Under the pieces are notes generated by a model. It had not been told where the DNA came from and did not search any database. It saw only the letters and a program-made list of their open reading frames with translations. A DNA stretch of 63,079 bases, the filler included. It is 5 parts of 5 records of this genome, joined end to end, with 100 filler letters (N's around TTAATTAATTAA, not from the genome) between each part and the next. Parts side by side here need not be neighbours in the genome. Positions count along the whole stretch, not along the records: positions 53,651 to 63,079 come from SRR31156797_34518; 4 more parts are not named here. One strand, 5' to 3'. A program made the position numbers and the translations under genes. This document shows, one piece after another, positions 63,050 to 63,079 of this stretch (position 1 is its first letter; every line of letters starts with the position of its first letter).

Positions 63050-63079
63050 AAAAAAACGCCTGCCCGTTGCCGGGCAGGC
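63050..63079 (-). terminator. Intrinsic terminator (minus strand)
   Basis: GCCTGCCCG-GCAA-CGGGCAGGC-G-T7 on the minus strand. Confidence 0.75.

Overview
The window is not one genome. It is five unrelated contigs joined by artificial 100-nt linkers (44 N + TTAATTAATTAA + 44 N) at 16905-17004, 29652-29751, 41389-41488 and 53551-53650. Taxonomic labels are inferred from gene content and composition. (1) 1-16904, methanogenic archaeon (Methanosarcinaceae-like): crcB, moeA, MoaD/SAMP, tRNA-Pro, an HD-hydrolase/LpdD-like/ubiX/ABC-2 permease operon, sppA, cofD, a ChlI/ChlD-like pair, a decayed antitoxin plus Fic gene, hpt, dph2, METTL5-like methyltransferase, csl4, rpoL and pscS. (2) 17005-29651, bacterium (possibly Deferribacterota): tRNA fragments at both ends, an aminopeptidase/class-III aminotransferase/asnS operon, RRM protein, eno, a diguanylate cyclase, and a radical SAM/OMP/nadB/MnmC-like operon. 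(3) 29752-41388, AT-rich clostridium: REP-like inverted repeats around an FRG-like pseudogene, metabolic genes, mscS, and an ireB-ruvX-DUF1292 operon ending in an atypical Spo0A paralogue. (4) 41489-53550, GC-rich alphaproteobacterium-like: a TRAP transporter with a LacI regulator and four candidate operators, the ATP-grasp/alpha-E/transglutaminase/Anbu operon under a consensus sigma54 promoter with tandem NtrC-like sites, and a partial sqr. (5) 53651-63079, Desulfobacteraceae-like: a beta-barrel/short OPX/Wzc/O-antigen-ligase-TPR polysaccharide locus converging on small envelope genes. No CRISPR array, rRNA or intact transposase was seen. The best leads are the nitrogen-regulated Anbu system, the free-standing PKS/NRPS-type aminotransferase coupled to asnS, the K-to-Q Spo0A paralogue, the archaeal LpdD-UbiX pair and a possible ATT-initiated Csl4 extension.
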